DNA of 64,000 nt from an uncultured Clostridia bacterium. GTDB lineage: Bacteria; UBA6262; WVXT01. The DNA lies in the NCBI GenBank assembly GCA_964403285.1, contig CAYOFG010000004.1:17292-81291 (forward strand). Reading direction: 5' to 3'. Position numbers and translations under genes: made by a program. The notes under the pieces were generated by a model. That model made no database searches and was not told where the DNA came from. It saw nothing but the letters and a program-made list of their open reading frames with translations. Of the stretch, positions 26,346-34,798 are shown piece by piece (the first letter of the stretch is position 1; every line of letters starts with the position of its first letter).

Positions 26346-27410
26346 ATGATGGAATTTAAAGGAATGTGCACAGCAATTGGCAGCTTGCCTCATCAGGATG
26401 TTGATAGAGCCTGTGAGATAGTCCTGGAGAGTTTTTCTCAAATACCGGCCTGGCCACAACTTCCTAGGCGTAATTTACGGGAAAATATGTATATACAGGT
26501 GAGTGAAGGGATGCCCTGCCTCGTCCTGGATGAAAAGAAAGGGATGGTCTACTTCCAGACAAAAGATGAAATGAGTGAGGAATTAGAGAAGTTCTATGAA
26601 AAGATAATAGATAATAGCGTGGATTATTTTAAGATTAGCGAGGATTATGCAGCGGGGTTTTACGCACTTATGAAACAATTGAAAAAGAGACTCTCAAAGG
26701 GGGAGGGAGAAGACAATATTCTGGCGCTAAAGGGACAACTTATTGGCCCTGTTAGTTTCGGGCTCACTGTTACTGACGAAAATAGAAAGTCTATCCTTTA
26801 CCACGAGCAACTTGTGGATGCGGTGGTGAAGACTTGCGGGATGAAGGCTCGCTGGCAGATTAAAAGGATGAAAGAGGTCTTCCCGCAGATTATTATTTTT
26901 ATAGACGAACCATATCTTGCATCCTTTGGTTCTGCTTTCGTCTCACTAAGTCGAGATGAAGTAGTAGATTATCTGAATCAGGTTATAGACTCCATTAAAT
27001 CAGAGGGAGCCGTTGCCGGGATACACTGTTGTGGAAACACCGACTGGTCGATTCTTATGGATACGAAAGTGGACATCATAAGTTTTGATGCATATAGTTA
27101 CCTGGAGACTATTAGTTTATACCCAGAGAAGTTGAAAGAATTTTTGACGCAAGGACGCTACTTAGCCTGGGGTATTGTGCCTGCATCATCCAGAGCAATG
27201 GAAGAGGAGATAAACAGTTTAACTAAAAGATTCGAGGATGGATTGAAACTCTTACACAGTAAAGGCGTAGAGAGAGAAAGAATCCTGGAAAACTTATTGA
27301 TTACTCCCAGTTGCGGGACGGGAACTCTACCGGTGGAAGTTGCCGAAAAAGTAGTAAAGTTGACCAGAGGAGTTTCCGATAATATTAAAGCCAGGTATTT
27401 CCGGGGGTGA
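26346..27410 (+). CDS. Core (single-barrel, folate-independent) methionine synthase, MesB-like
   Basis: 354 aa; TAIGSLPH, IPAWPQLP, FIDEP, Zn ligands HCC and TPSCG; no N-terminal MetE folate barrel. Confidence 0.8.
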   Translation: MMEFKGMCTAIGSLPHQDVDRACEIVLESFSQIPAWPQLPRRNLRENMYIQVSEGMPCLVLDEKKGMVYFQTKDEMSEELEKFYEKIIDNSVDYFKISEDYAAGFYALMKQLKKRLSKGEGEDNILALKGQLIGPVSFGLTVTDENRKSILYHEQLVDAVVKTCGMKARWQIKRMKEVFPQIIIFIDEPYLASFGSAFVSLSRDEVVDYLNQVIDSIKSEGAVAGIHCCGNTDWSILMDTKVDIISFDAYSYLETISLYPEKLKEFLTQGRYLAWGIVPASSRAMEEEINSLTKRFEDGLKLLHSKGVERERILENLLITPSCGTGTLPVEVAEKVVKLTRGVSDNIKARYFRG

Positions 27411-27414
27411 GTGA

Positions 27415-28866
27415 GTGGAGAAGTTTGTCGAACCCTTACAGTGGATAGGAGAAATTTCAACTCTATCTCCTCCACATAAGTTATTCCATAAATTTGTGGA
27501 TAGCCGTTACAGTTTCCTCCTGGAAAGCGGAGGTTCTGTAAGCGATTTCAGCAGGTATTCGTTCCTCGGTAGCGAGCCCTTTCTTGTGTTCAAAAGCAAG
27601 GGAAAACAGATTGAAATTTGTGAAGGAGACCAGAGTCAGAGATTCTCGGGAGACCCTTTTGATGTTCTCAAAATGCTCATTTCTCAGTACAACTTAGCCT
27701 CTTCTGGCCACTCTCCCCTTCCCGGGGGAGCAGTCGGTTATTTTGGCTATGACTTATGCCATTTCGTGGAAAAGTTACCCAGAAATAGCTTTGACGATTT
27801 ACAACTTCCCGACTGCTATTTAGGTTTTTATGACCTGGTGCTGACCTTCGACCACTTAACAGGTAGACTGTTCATCTCTTCGTCGGGTCTTCCGGAAAAA
27901 GAAGCGGTTAGAAGAAGAGAGAAAGCCAAGTGGCGCCTGGAAGAGACACTCGATATATTGAACAAAGCTTCCCGGGAAGATTTTTCAGTCGGGGAAGAAC
28001 ATAATATTGCGGAAATAAGCTCGAATTTTTCACGGTCAGCTTATCTTGACGCTGTAGAGAGAACCAAAGAGTATATCAGGGCAGGGGACATCTTTCAGGT
28101 CAACCTTTCCCAGAGGTTTGTATGCTCCCGGATGGCTTTACCGTTTATTATATATGAGAAGCTTCGTCGCATTAATCCCGCACCGTTTGCCAGTTTCTTA
28201 AATTTTCCTGAACTTGCTATAGTAAGTGCCTCTCCCGAAAGGTTCTTGCGCATATCAGGAAGAAAGGTCCAGACCCGTCCTATCAAAGGCACGCGGCCCC
28301 GGGGTAGAGACAGCCTGGAAGATAAGGAATTAGCCAGGGAACTTTTGGAAAGTGAAAAGGATAAGGCAGAGTTGATAATGATAGTTGATCTGGAAAGGAA
28401 TGATCTAGGCAGAGTTTGTGAATACGGCTCTGTAAGGGTACCTAAACTGATCACTTTGGAGACCTATCCCACAGTGTTTCATCTTGTTTCTACGGTGGAG
28501 GGAGTGCTAAAAGAAGACAAAGACCACATCGACTGTTTAAGAGCCTGTTTTCCAGGGGGTTCAATAACAGGCGCGCCAAAGATAAGGGCTATGGAGATAA
28601 TTGATCAACTGGAGCCAAATCAGAGAGGTGTTTACACTGGGTCTATCGGATACATAGGATTTAACGGCGAAACCGACCTCAACATTGTAATTAGAACTAT
28701 GGTAATCACTGGTGAAAAGATATACTTCCACGCTGGTGGCGGAATTGTAGCCGACTCCGATCCTGCGACAGAATATGAGGAGACACTGCATAAAGCCAAA
28801 GCTCTAATAAAAACGCTTACTATAGAAAAAGGACGAGAGACGGTTATCCATCCGAGCAGTCTATAG
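27415..28866 (+). CDS. pabB: Aminodeoxychorismate synthase component I
   Basis: SASPERF, RPIKGT (Lys of ADC synthase), MIVDLERNDLGRV and FPGGSITGAPK motifs. Confidence 0.9.
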   Translation: MEKFVEPLQWIGEISTLSPPHKLFHKFVDSRYSFLLESGGSVSDFSRYSFLGSEPFLVFKSKGKQIEICEGDQSQRFSGDPFDVLKMLISQYNLASSGHSPLPGGAVGYFGYDLCHFVEKLPRNSFDDLQLPDCYLGFYDLVLTFDHLTGRLFISSSGLPEKEAVRRREKAKWRLEETLDILNKASREDFSVGEEHNIAEISSNFSRSAYLDAVERTKEYIRAGDIFQVNLSQRFVCSRMALPFIIYEKLRRINPAPFASFLNFPELAIVSASPERFLRISGRKVQTRPIKGTRPRGRDSLEDKELARELLESEKDKAELIMIVDLERNDLGRVCEYGSVRVPKLITLETYPTVFHLVSTVEGVLKEDKDHIDCLRACFPGGSITGAPKIRAMEIIDQLEPNQRGVYTGSIGYIGFNGETDLNIVIRTMVITGEKIYFHAGGGIVADSDPATEYEETLHKAKALIKTLTIEKGRETVIHPSSL

Positions 28867-28875
28867 GTTGAGCCT

Positions 28876-28973
28876 TTGGAGTAGCGAAACTTGTTTCGCG
28901 TTAATAACGCAGAGCAAGCCAACGCACCGCAAGCGGTGCTACTCCAATTTTGGGAGTCCTCCCGAAAGGGAGG
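28876..28973. repeat. Family D REP (28876-28947) plus family F hairpin (28953-28973)
   Basis: TTGGAGTAGC...GCTACTCCAA; GGAGTCCTCCCGAAAGGGAGG is repeated exactly at 42830-42850. Confidence 0.8.
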
Positions 28974-28999
28974 GTGGTGGAGTCGGAAGAATCCTGAAG

Positions 29000-29869
29000 A
29001 TGGAAAAAATCTTTGTCAACGGTTCTTTTGTGAATCTTACTCAGGCAAAAATTTCTGTTTTCGACAGAGGATTTCTCTACGGAGATGGTCTATTTGAGAC
29101 GATGCGAGCCTATTGGGGGGAAGTTTTTCGCCTGGGAGACCATCTGGACAGGCTGTTCCGCTCGGCAAAGGAAATAGAACTCTCTTTCTCCTATACCCGA
29201 AAAGAGTTAAGAAATATAATTAAGAGAATACTAAAAATAAACAATCTTTCCGAGGCCTATATAAGACTTACTCTTTCCCGAGGAGTTTCCGAGCCCGGCT
29301 TAATTTCTAAATCTAAATCTTCAGCCACTTTGGTAATAATGGGTAGAAAATTCAAGCCACTTTCTCCTTCAGAATATAGAAGAGGATGGAGAGCTACAAT
29401 AGTCGAGACCAGGCAAAATCAGGCATCGCCAGTCTCCAGATTGAAGTCACTCAACTTTCTAAATAACATACTGGCTAGAAAAGAGGCAAAAGCCAAGCGA
29501 GTTGATGAGGGAATCTTACTCAATACTTTAGGTGATGTTACTGAAGCTTCAACAAGCAATATCTTTTTGGTGAAAAGGGGTATTTTAATTACGCCACCAG
29601 AAGAGGCGGGACTATTGCCGGGGATAACGCGAGGAGTTATTCTGGAGTTGGCTACCAGTTTGGGACTTAAAATATTTGATAGGAGAATCTCCCTGGATGA
29701 ATTGATGGGAGCAGAGGAGGTTTTCCTTACCAACTCCTTAATTGAAGTTATGCCTCTGGTAGAAATCGATGGTCGGCAAATTGGCAAGGGAAAACCGGGT
29801 CCCGTCACTGAAAGAATTCATAAGGCATATAAAAACTTGGTAAGAAAGGAAATAACATTTAAAAGATAG
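29000..29869 (+). CDS. pabC: Class IV aminotransferase (ADC lyase PabC or IlvE-like); probable start 29000
   Basis: DRGFLYGDGLFETMR, KSLNFL, EASTSN, LPGITR and EEVFLTNS motifs; follows pabB. Confidence 0.75.
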   Translation: MEKIFVNGSFVNLTQAKISVFDRGFLYGDGLFETMRAYWGEVFRLGDHLDRLFRSAKEIELSFSYTRKELRNIIKRILKINNLSEAYIRLTLSRGVSEPGLISKSKSSATLVIMGRKFKPLSPSEYRRGWRATIVETRQNQASPVSRLKSLNFLNNILARKEAKAKRVDEGILLNTLGDVTEASTSNIFLVKRGILITPPEEAGLLPGITRGVILELATSLGLKIFDRRISLDELMGAEEVFLTNSLIEVMPLVEIDGRQIGKGKPGPVTERIHKAYKNLVRKEITFKR

Positions 29870-30043
29870 TTTGTTCGTTCCTACGGAATTTCTTGACGCC
29901 AAAGAACTTCGGACTTTGCAGGGCGCAAAAATAAACTCCCCCCGATAAATCGGGGGTCAAACAAATTTTTGCTTGGAAGAGAAAGGATCGTCCTCGTTCT
30001 TTGGCTGAAATTCCAGAAGTCCTTCACAAGCTATCTTTTAAAT
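29857..30043. mobile_element. Fold-back MITE-like element family E, copy 1
   Basis: TIR ATTTAAAAGATAG/CTATCTTTTAAAT with nested internal stems; similar to 34496-34678. Confidence 0.8.
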
Positions 30044-30071
30044 GGTAAAAATGTTAGGAGTGGGTAGAGAG

Positions 30072-30827
30072 ATGAAATTGGCAATAACCGGTAAGGGTGG
30101 GGTGGGAAAGACAACACTGGCTGCAGGATTGGCCCTCAGTTTCGCTCAGGATGGGAAGAAAGTTATCGCCATCGATGCCGATCCCGATAGCAACCTGGCA
30201 GCAACTCTCGATTTCCCCGAACCGGAGAAGATAATCCCTCTTGTGGAGATGAAGGAACTGATTGAGGAGAGGACAGGAGTTAAACCCGGCACAGTGGGAG
30301 GCTACTTCAAGCTCAATCCCCGGGTGGACGATATTCCTGGTAGGTTTTCCAGAGAGCATAAAGGCATAAGACTTCTCCTTATGGGAAGGGTAAAGAAGGG
30401 TGGAAGTGGATGCTTCTGTCCGGAAAACGCTTTTCTTAAAGCAGTACTTTCCTATCTATTTTTTAGTCAGGAAGATGTGGTGATTCTCGATATGGAAGCA
30501 GGAATAGAGCACTTAGGGAGAGGCACAGCAGAAGGAGTGGATAGTCTCATTGTAGTTGTGGAGCCGAGAATGAGGAGTATTGAGACGGCATATAGAATTA
30601 AGTCTCTGGCAAAAGATTTGAAAATAGAGAAGGTTTTCCTCGTGGGTAATAAGGTTCGTGGTGATGTAGATATGGATTTCATCAGAAAGAATATTTCCGA
30701 TTTTGAAATTTTGGGCTTCATTTGGTATAATAATTTTTTGGTCGATAAAGTAACAGATTCAATAATGGGAGAAATAAAAGAAATTAAGGAAAACCTAATA
30801 AGGAGGCAGAATGAAAAAGGAAGATAA
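30072..30827 (+). CDS. cooC: CODH nickel-insertion ATPase CooC (probable start 30072)
   Basis: GKGGVGKT, DADPDSN, GCFCPEN and DMEAGIEHLGRGT motifs. Confidence 0.93.
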   Translation: MKLAITGKGGVGKTTLAAGLALSFAQDGKKVIAIDADPDSNLAATLDFPEPEKIIPLVEMKELIEERTGVKPGTVGGYFKLNPRVDDIPGRFSREHKGIRLLLMGRVKKGGSGCFCPENAFLKAVLSYLFFSQEDVVILDMEAGIEHLGRGTAEGVDSLIVVVEPRMRSIETAYRIKSLAKDLKIEKVFLVGNKVRGDVDMDFIRKNISDFEILGFIWYNNFLVDKVTDSIMGEIKEIKENLIRRQNEKGR

Positions 30828-32736
30828 GTCAATAGATAAAGCAAGCCAGGAAATATTGGAAATCGCTGAAAAAGAAGGAATCGATACTGCCTGGGATAGA
30901 TATGAAGCAATGGTTCCCCAGTGTGGGTTTGGTGAACTCGGTCTTTGCTGCAGGAACTGTCTTTTGGGACCATGCCGGATTGATCCCTTTGAGGAGGGTC
31001 CCCAAAAAGGAGTTTGTGGGGCTACGGCAGAAATTATTGCAGCCAGAAATTTGATCCGTATGATTGCTGCCGGGGCCAGCGCCCACTCTGACCACGGACG
31101 GGACATTGCCCATACTTTGCTTATGACTGCCCAGGGAAAGACGAAAGGTTATGAGGTTAAAGATGAACAGAAATTGATTTCCCTTGCTGATGAGTTAGGA
31201 ATAAAAACGAATGGAAAAGGTAAAAAAGAGATTGCAGTGGAGGTGGCGGAAAAAGTATTCTCTGAGTTTGGTCAGCAGCATGGAGAGCTCCAATTTTCTC
31301 ACCGTGCTCCAGAGAAGAGACAGGCATTATGGCGGAAACTGGGGATTATGCCCCGAGGAATCGACAGGGAAATTGTAGAAGTAATGCATCGCACACACAT
31401 AGGAGTAGATAACGATTGTGAGAATCTTATAACTCATGGGATGAGAACTGCCTTAGGAGACGGATGGGGTGGTTCTATGATTGCTACGGAACTTTCCGAT
31501 GTCCTTTTTGGGACCCCCAGACCCATCCGCGCCAAGGTGAATTTAGGTGTACTTGAAGCGGATGAAGTCAATCTGGTAGTCCATGGTCACGAGCCCACGC
31601 TTTCTGACGTTATTGTGACTGCTAGTCAGGACAAAGAGCTATTGGAACTTGCCCGGAAGAATGGGGCAAAAGGTATTAACCTGGCGGGAATCTGTTGCAC
31701 TGCCAACGAGATTTTGATGCGCCATGGTATTCCTATTGCGGGAAATTTCCTCCAGCAAGAGTTGGCGATAGCCACGGGAGCAGTCGATTTAATGCTGGTG
31801 GATGTCCAGTGTATAATGCCTGCTCTTTCCTCAGTAGCCAAATGTTTCCACACAAAGCTTGTCTCCACTTCTCCTAAGGCAAAATTTCCCGGAGCAGAAC
31901 ATGTGGAGTTCAAAGAAGAGGAAGCCCTGCCTATTGCTAAGAAGATTGTTAGAATGGCAGTGGAGAATTTCAAGAATAGAGTGAAAGAGAAAATTAATAT
32001 ACCCAAAGAAAAAATGGATTTAGTAGCGGGATTTACTGCGGAGAGTGTGTTTAAATTTCTGGGAGGCAGATATCGAGCCACTTATCGGCCCTTGAACGAT
32101 GCTATAATCAGTGGAAGATTGAGAGGGGCAGCAGGTATTGTTGGCTGCAATAATCCCAAGATAAAGCATGATTGGGGCCATGTGGAGATGGCTAAGGAGT
32201 TAATTAAGAATGATGTTCTGGTAGTAGTCACTGGTTGCTCAGCCATTGCTGATGCTAAGGCAGGACTTTTGAAGCCAGAAGCCGCCTTTCAGTACGCAGG
32301 AAAAGGTTTGCGGGAAATATGCGAAGCTGTAGGAGTTCCACCGGTCCTCCATGTTGGCTCCTGCGTAGATAACAGTAGAATTCTAATTACTCTCTGTAAT
32401 GTTGTTAACGAAGGTGGATTGGGTGACGATATATCCGAATTGCCTGTTGCTGGGGCCGCTCCAGAGTGGATGAGCGAGAAAGCAGTTTCTATCGCTTTCT
32501 ATTTTGTGGCTTCAGGGGTATTTACTGTGCTCGGCAGTCCTTTCCCGATTTTGGGAAGTAGAGAGGTAACTGAGTTACTAACCAAGAGATTGGAAAAGAC
32601 TGTGGGAGCCAACTTCGCCTTTGAATCAGATCCCATAAAGGCTGCCCGGTTGATGATTGACCACATCAATAGGAAGAGAGAGGCACTTAAGTTGAAACCA
32701 GTGATGTACGAAAGAGAAGAAGTGGCGGTGAGATAG
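30811..32736 (+). CDS. cooS: Anaerobic Ni-CO dehydrogenase catalytic subunit (AcsA/CooS)
   Basis: D/B-cluster Cys (CGFG...CCRNCLLGPC); C-cluster ligands HGHEP, GICCT, VQC, GCNN, GCS, GSCVDN; EKA. Confidence 0.97.
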   Translation: MKKEDKSIDKASQEILEIAEKEGIDTAWDRYEAMVPQCGFGELGLCCRNCLLGPCRIDPFEEGPQKGVCGATAEIIAARNLIRMIAAGASAHSDHGRDIAHTLLMTAQGKTKGYEVKDEQKLISLADELGIKTNGKGKKEIAVEVAEKVFSEFGQQHGELQFSHRAPEKRQALWRKLGIMPRGIDREIVEVMHRTHIGVDNDCENLITHGMRTALGDGWGGSMIATELSDVLFGTPRPIRAKVNLGVLEADEVNLVVHGHEPTLSDVIVTASQDKELLELARKNGAKGINLAGICCTANEILMRHGIPIAGNFLQQELAIATGAVDLMLVDVQCIMPALSSVAKCFHTKLVSTSPKAKFPGAEHVEFKEEEALPIAKKIVRMAVENFKNRVKEKINIPKEKMDLVAGFTAESVFKFLGGRYRATYRPLNDAIISGRLRGAAGIVGCNNPKIKHDWGHVEMAKELIKNDVLVVVTGCSAIADAKAGLLKPEAAFQYAGKGLREICEAVGVPPVLHVGSCVDNSRILITLCNVVNEGGLGDDISELPVAGAAPEWMSEKAVSIAFYFVASGVFTVLGSPFPILGSREVTELLTKRLEKTVGANFAFESDPIKAARLMIDHINRKREALKLKPVMYEREEVAVR

Positions 32737-32738
32737 AG

Positions 32739-33203
32739 ATGGAAAAGATTTTCTGTGATATAAGGAAATGCCTGGGCTGTAAGTCATGTGAAATAGCTTG
32801 TGGTGTGGAACACTCCACGAGTAAAAATATTTTTCAGGTAATAAAGGAAGAGAAAAAACCCCGTCAGAGAGTGGTTGTGCGAAGCACCACAAGGGAGCCT
32901 TTTCCTTTACGTTGTCATCATTGTGAAGACGCACCCTGCGTCCAGGCGTGTATGTCTGGCGCAATGTACAAAGATGAAGAAGGCTTTACCAGGCATGATG
33001 CGGATAAGTGCGTGGGATGCTGGATGTGTATTATGGTCTGTCCCTTTGGGGCGATCTCGCGGCAGGAGAGTGTGGCTTTGAAGTGCGACCTCTGTCCGGA
33101 TAGAGAAGAAGGTTTTGCCTGCGTGGAAGCCTGTCCCACAAAGGCTCTATTCGTAGGTACATGGGATGAGTTCAAAGAAAAGTTACGGCAGGAGAAGAGG
33201 TGA
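32739..33203 (+). CDS. cooF: 4Fe-4S dicluster electron-transfer protein (CooF-like)
   Basis: CLGCKSCEIAC, CHHCEDAPCVQAC, CVGCWMCIMVCP and CDLC motifs. Confidence 0.85.
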   Translation: MEKIFCDIRKCLGCKSCEIACGVEHSTSKNIFQVIKEEKKPRQRVVVRSTTREPFPLRCHHCEDAPCVQACMSGAMYKDEEGFTRHDADKCVGCWMCIMVCPFGAISRQESVALKCDLCPDREEGFACVEACPTKALFVGTWDEFKEKLRQEKR

Positions 33204-33206
33204 GTT

Positions 33207-34496
33207 ATGCATTATGTGATTGTGGGAGGAAGTGCAGCCGGAATTAGTGCGGTGGAAGCAATCAGAAGTCAGGATAAGGAAGGAAGGATAACACTTGTCT
33301 CTGACGAGAAGTTTCCTCTTTATTCGCGATGCCTCATTACTTACTTCCTGGCAGGGAAACTTGCGGAAGATAAACTCAAATATAGAAGTAGCGATTTCTA
33401 TGCGAAAGAGAAAGTAGAGGCTCTCAACGGGGTCAGGGCGAAAAGACTCTTGCCGGAAAAGAGAAAGCTTATCCTGGACAATGGAAAAGAAATCACTTAC
33501 GATAAATTGTTAATTGCTACAGGTGCCTCACCCCAGATGGTGGAGGTACCCGGTAGTGATAAGGAAGGAATTCTTGGTCTGAGGACTTACCGGGACGCGC
33601 AATTGATTAATGGAAGGCTGGATAAAGTAAACAGGGTTTCTATTCTCGGTGGGGGATTGATAGGTTTAAGAGCTGCCTATGCTCTCCATGCAAGGAATAA
33701 ACAGGTCAAAGTCATAGTTAAATCGAACCAGGTCTTATCTCAGATGCTCGATAAAGGAGCGGCAGATTTCGTCAGGAGAAAGATTGAACAGAAGGGTATT
33801 GAGGTTATGACTGGATTGGCTGCGGTTGAATTTTTGGGCGGAAAAGAGGTTACTGGCCTGGTGCTGGATGATGGCAGAAGATTAGAGTGTGAACTGGTAA
33901 TTGTCGGTAAGGGAGTAGAGCCGAATTTAGAGTTAGTAGAAGGCACAGAAATCAAAACTGATTACGGGATTATTGTTGACGATTATCTTCAAACCAATCT
34001 TCCCAATGTATATGCTGCTGGTGATGTAGCTCAGGCGAAAGATTTAATTACTGGCGAGTCAACTATAAATGCCCTGTGGCCCTGTGCAGTTGCCCAGGGA
34101 AAGGTTGCGGGATTGAATATGGCCGGGAAAAAAGTAAAGTACGATGGGTCTCTGGCTATGAACTCCATCGAATTTTTTGGCCTGCCAGTGATTTCCATAG
34201 GGATAACCCGACCGAAAGAGAAAGAGTATGAACAGTTGGTTAAGGAGGATGCGAAGAACTTTGTATATAAGAAAGTAGTACTTAGAAAAAATAGACTTCA
34301 GGGAATGATTCTGGTTAATAGGATTGAGCAGGCAGGGGTTATGGGGATTTTGATGAAAAAGAAAGTAGATATTTCATCGATAAAAGGAATGCTCTTAGAA
34401 GATATATTCGATTTTGCCAAGATTTTGCCAATAATAAAAGAGGGAAAAGAATTATTCACCGAGCAGGAATTCAAAGAGAGCATAATTAGTTATTGA
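33207..34496 (+). CDS. FAD/NAD(P)-dependent oxidoreductase (FNOR, NirB/rubredoxin-reductase-like)
   Basis: GGSAAG, LIATGASP, GGGLIG and YAAGDVA motifs. Confidence 0.85.
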   Translation: MHYVIVGGSAAGISAVEAIRSQDKEGRITLVSDEKFPLYSRCLITYFLAGKLAEDKLKYRSSDFYAKEKVEALNGVRAKRLLPEKRKLILDNGKEITYDKLLIATGASPQMVEVPGSDKEGILGLRTYRDAQLINGRLDKVNRVSILGGGLIGLRAAYALHARNKQVKVIVKSNQVLSQMLDKGAADFVRRKIEQKGIEVMTGLAAVEFLGGKEVTGLVLDDGRRLECELVIVGKGVEPNLELVEGTEIKTDYGIIVDDYLQTNLPNVYAAGDVAQAKDLITGESTINALWPCAVAQGKVAGLNMAGKKVKYDGSLAMNSIEFFGLPVISIGITRPKEKEYEQLVKEDAKNFVYKKVVLRKNRLQGMILVNRIEQAGVMGILMKKKVDISSIKGMLLEDIFDFAKILPIIKEGKELFTEQEFKESIISY

Positions 34497-34678
34497 TTAA
34501 AAGATAATTTGTTCATCGTTAGGGAATTTCTTTACGCCAAAAAACATCAGACTCTGTAGGGCGCAAAAATAAACTTCTCCGATAAATCGGAGTCGAACAA
34601 ATTTTTGCTTGAAGGAAAGATAGTCGTCCTCGTTTTTTGGCTAAAATTCCAAAAACTCTTCACAAATTATCTTTTAAT
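34496..34678. mobile_element. Fold-back MITE-like element family E, copy 2
   Basis: Perfect 16-bp TIR ATTAAAAGATAATTTG/CAAATTATCTTTTAAT. Confidence 0.8.
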
Positions 34679-34798
34679 ATTGTAGCTGTCCCGATGAATC
34701 GGGACGAAGCTCTGCATTGACCACACCAAGAGGGGGTGGGTGCTCGATTAGTGGTGAAGGTCCCGAAGAGACTATATTGATTTTGGAGGGAGAAAGAT

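Noticed and set aside
28868-28999. N-terminal extensions of pabC, acsE and similar ORFs through repeat sequence
   Set aside because: Family homology starts at downstream ATGs with SD sites; the open frames across repeats are likely incidental.
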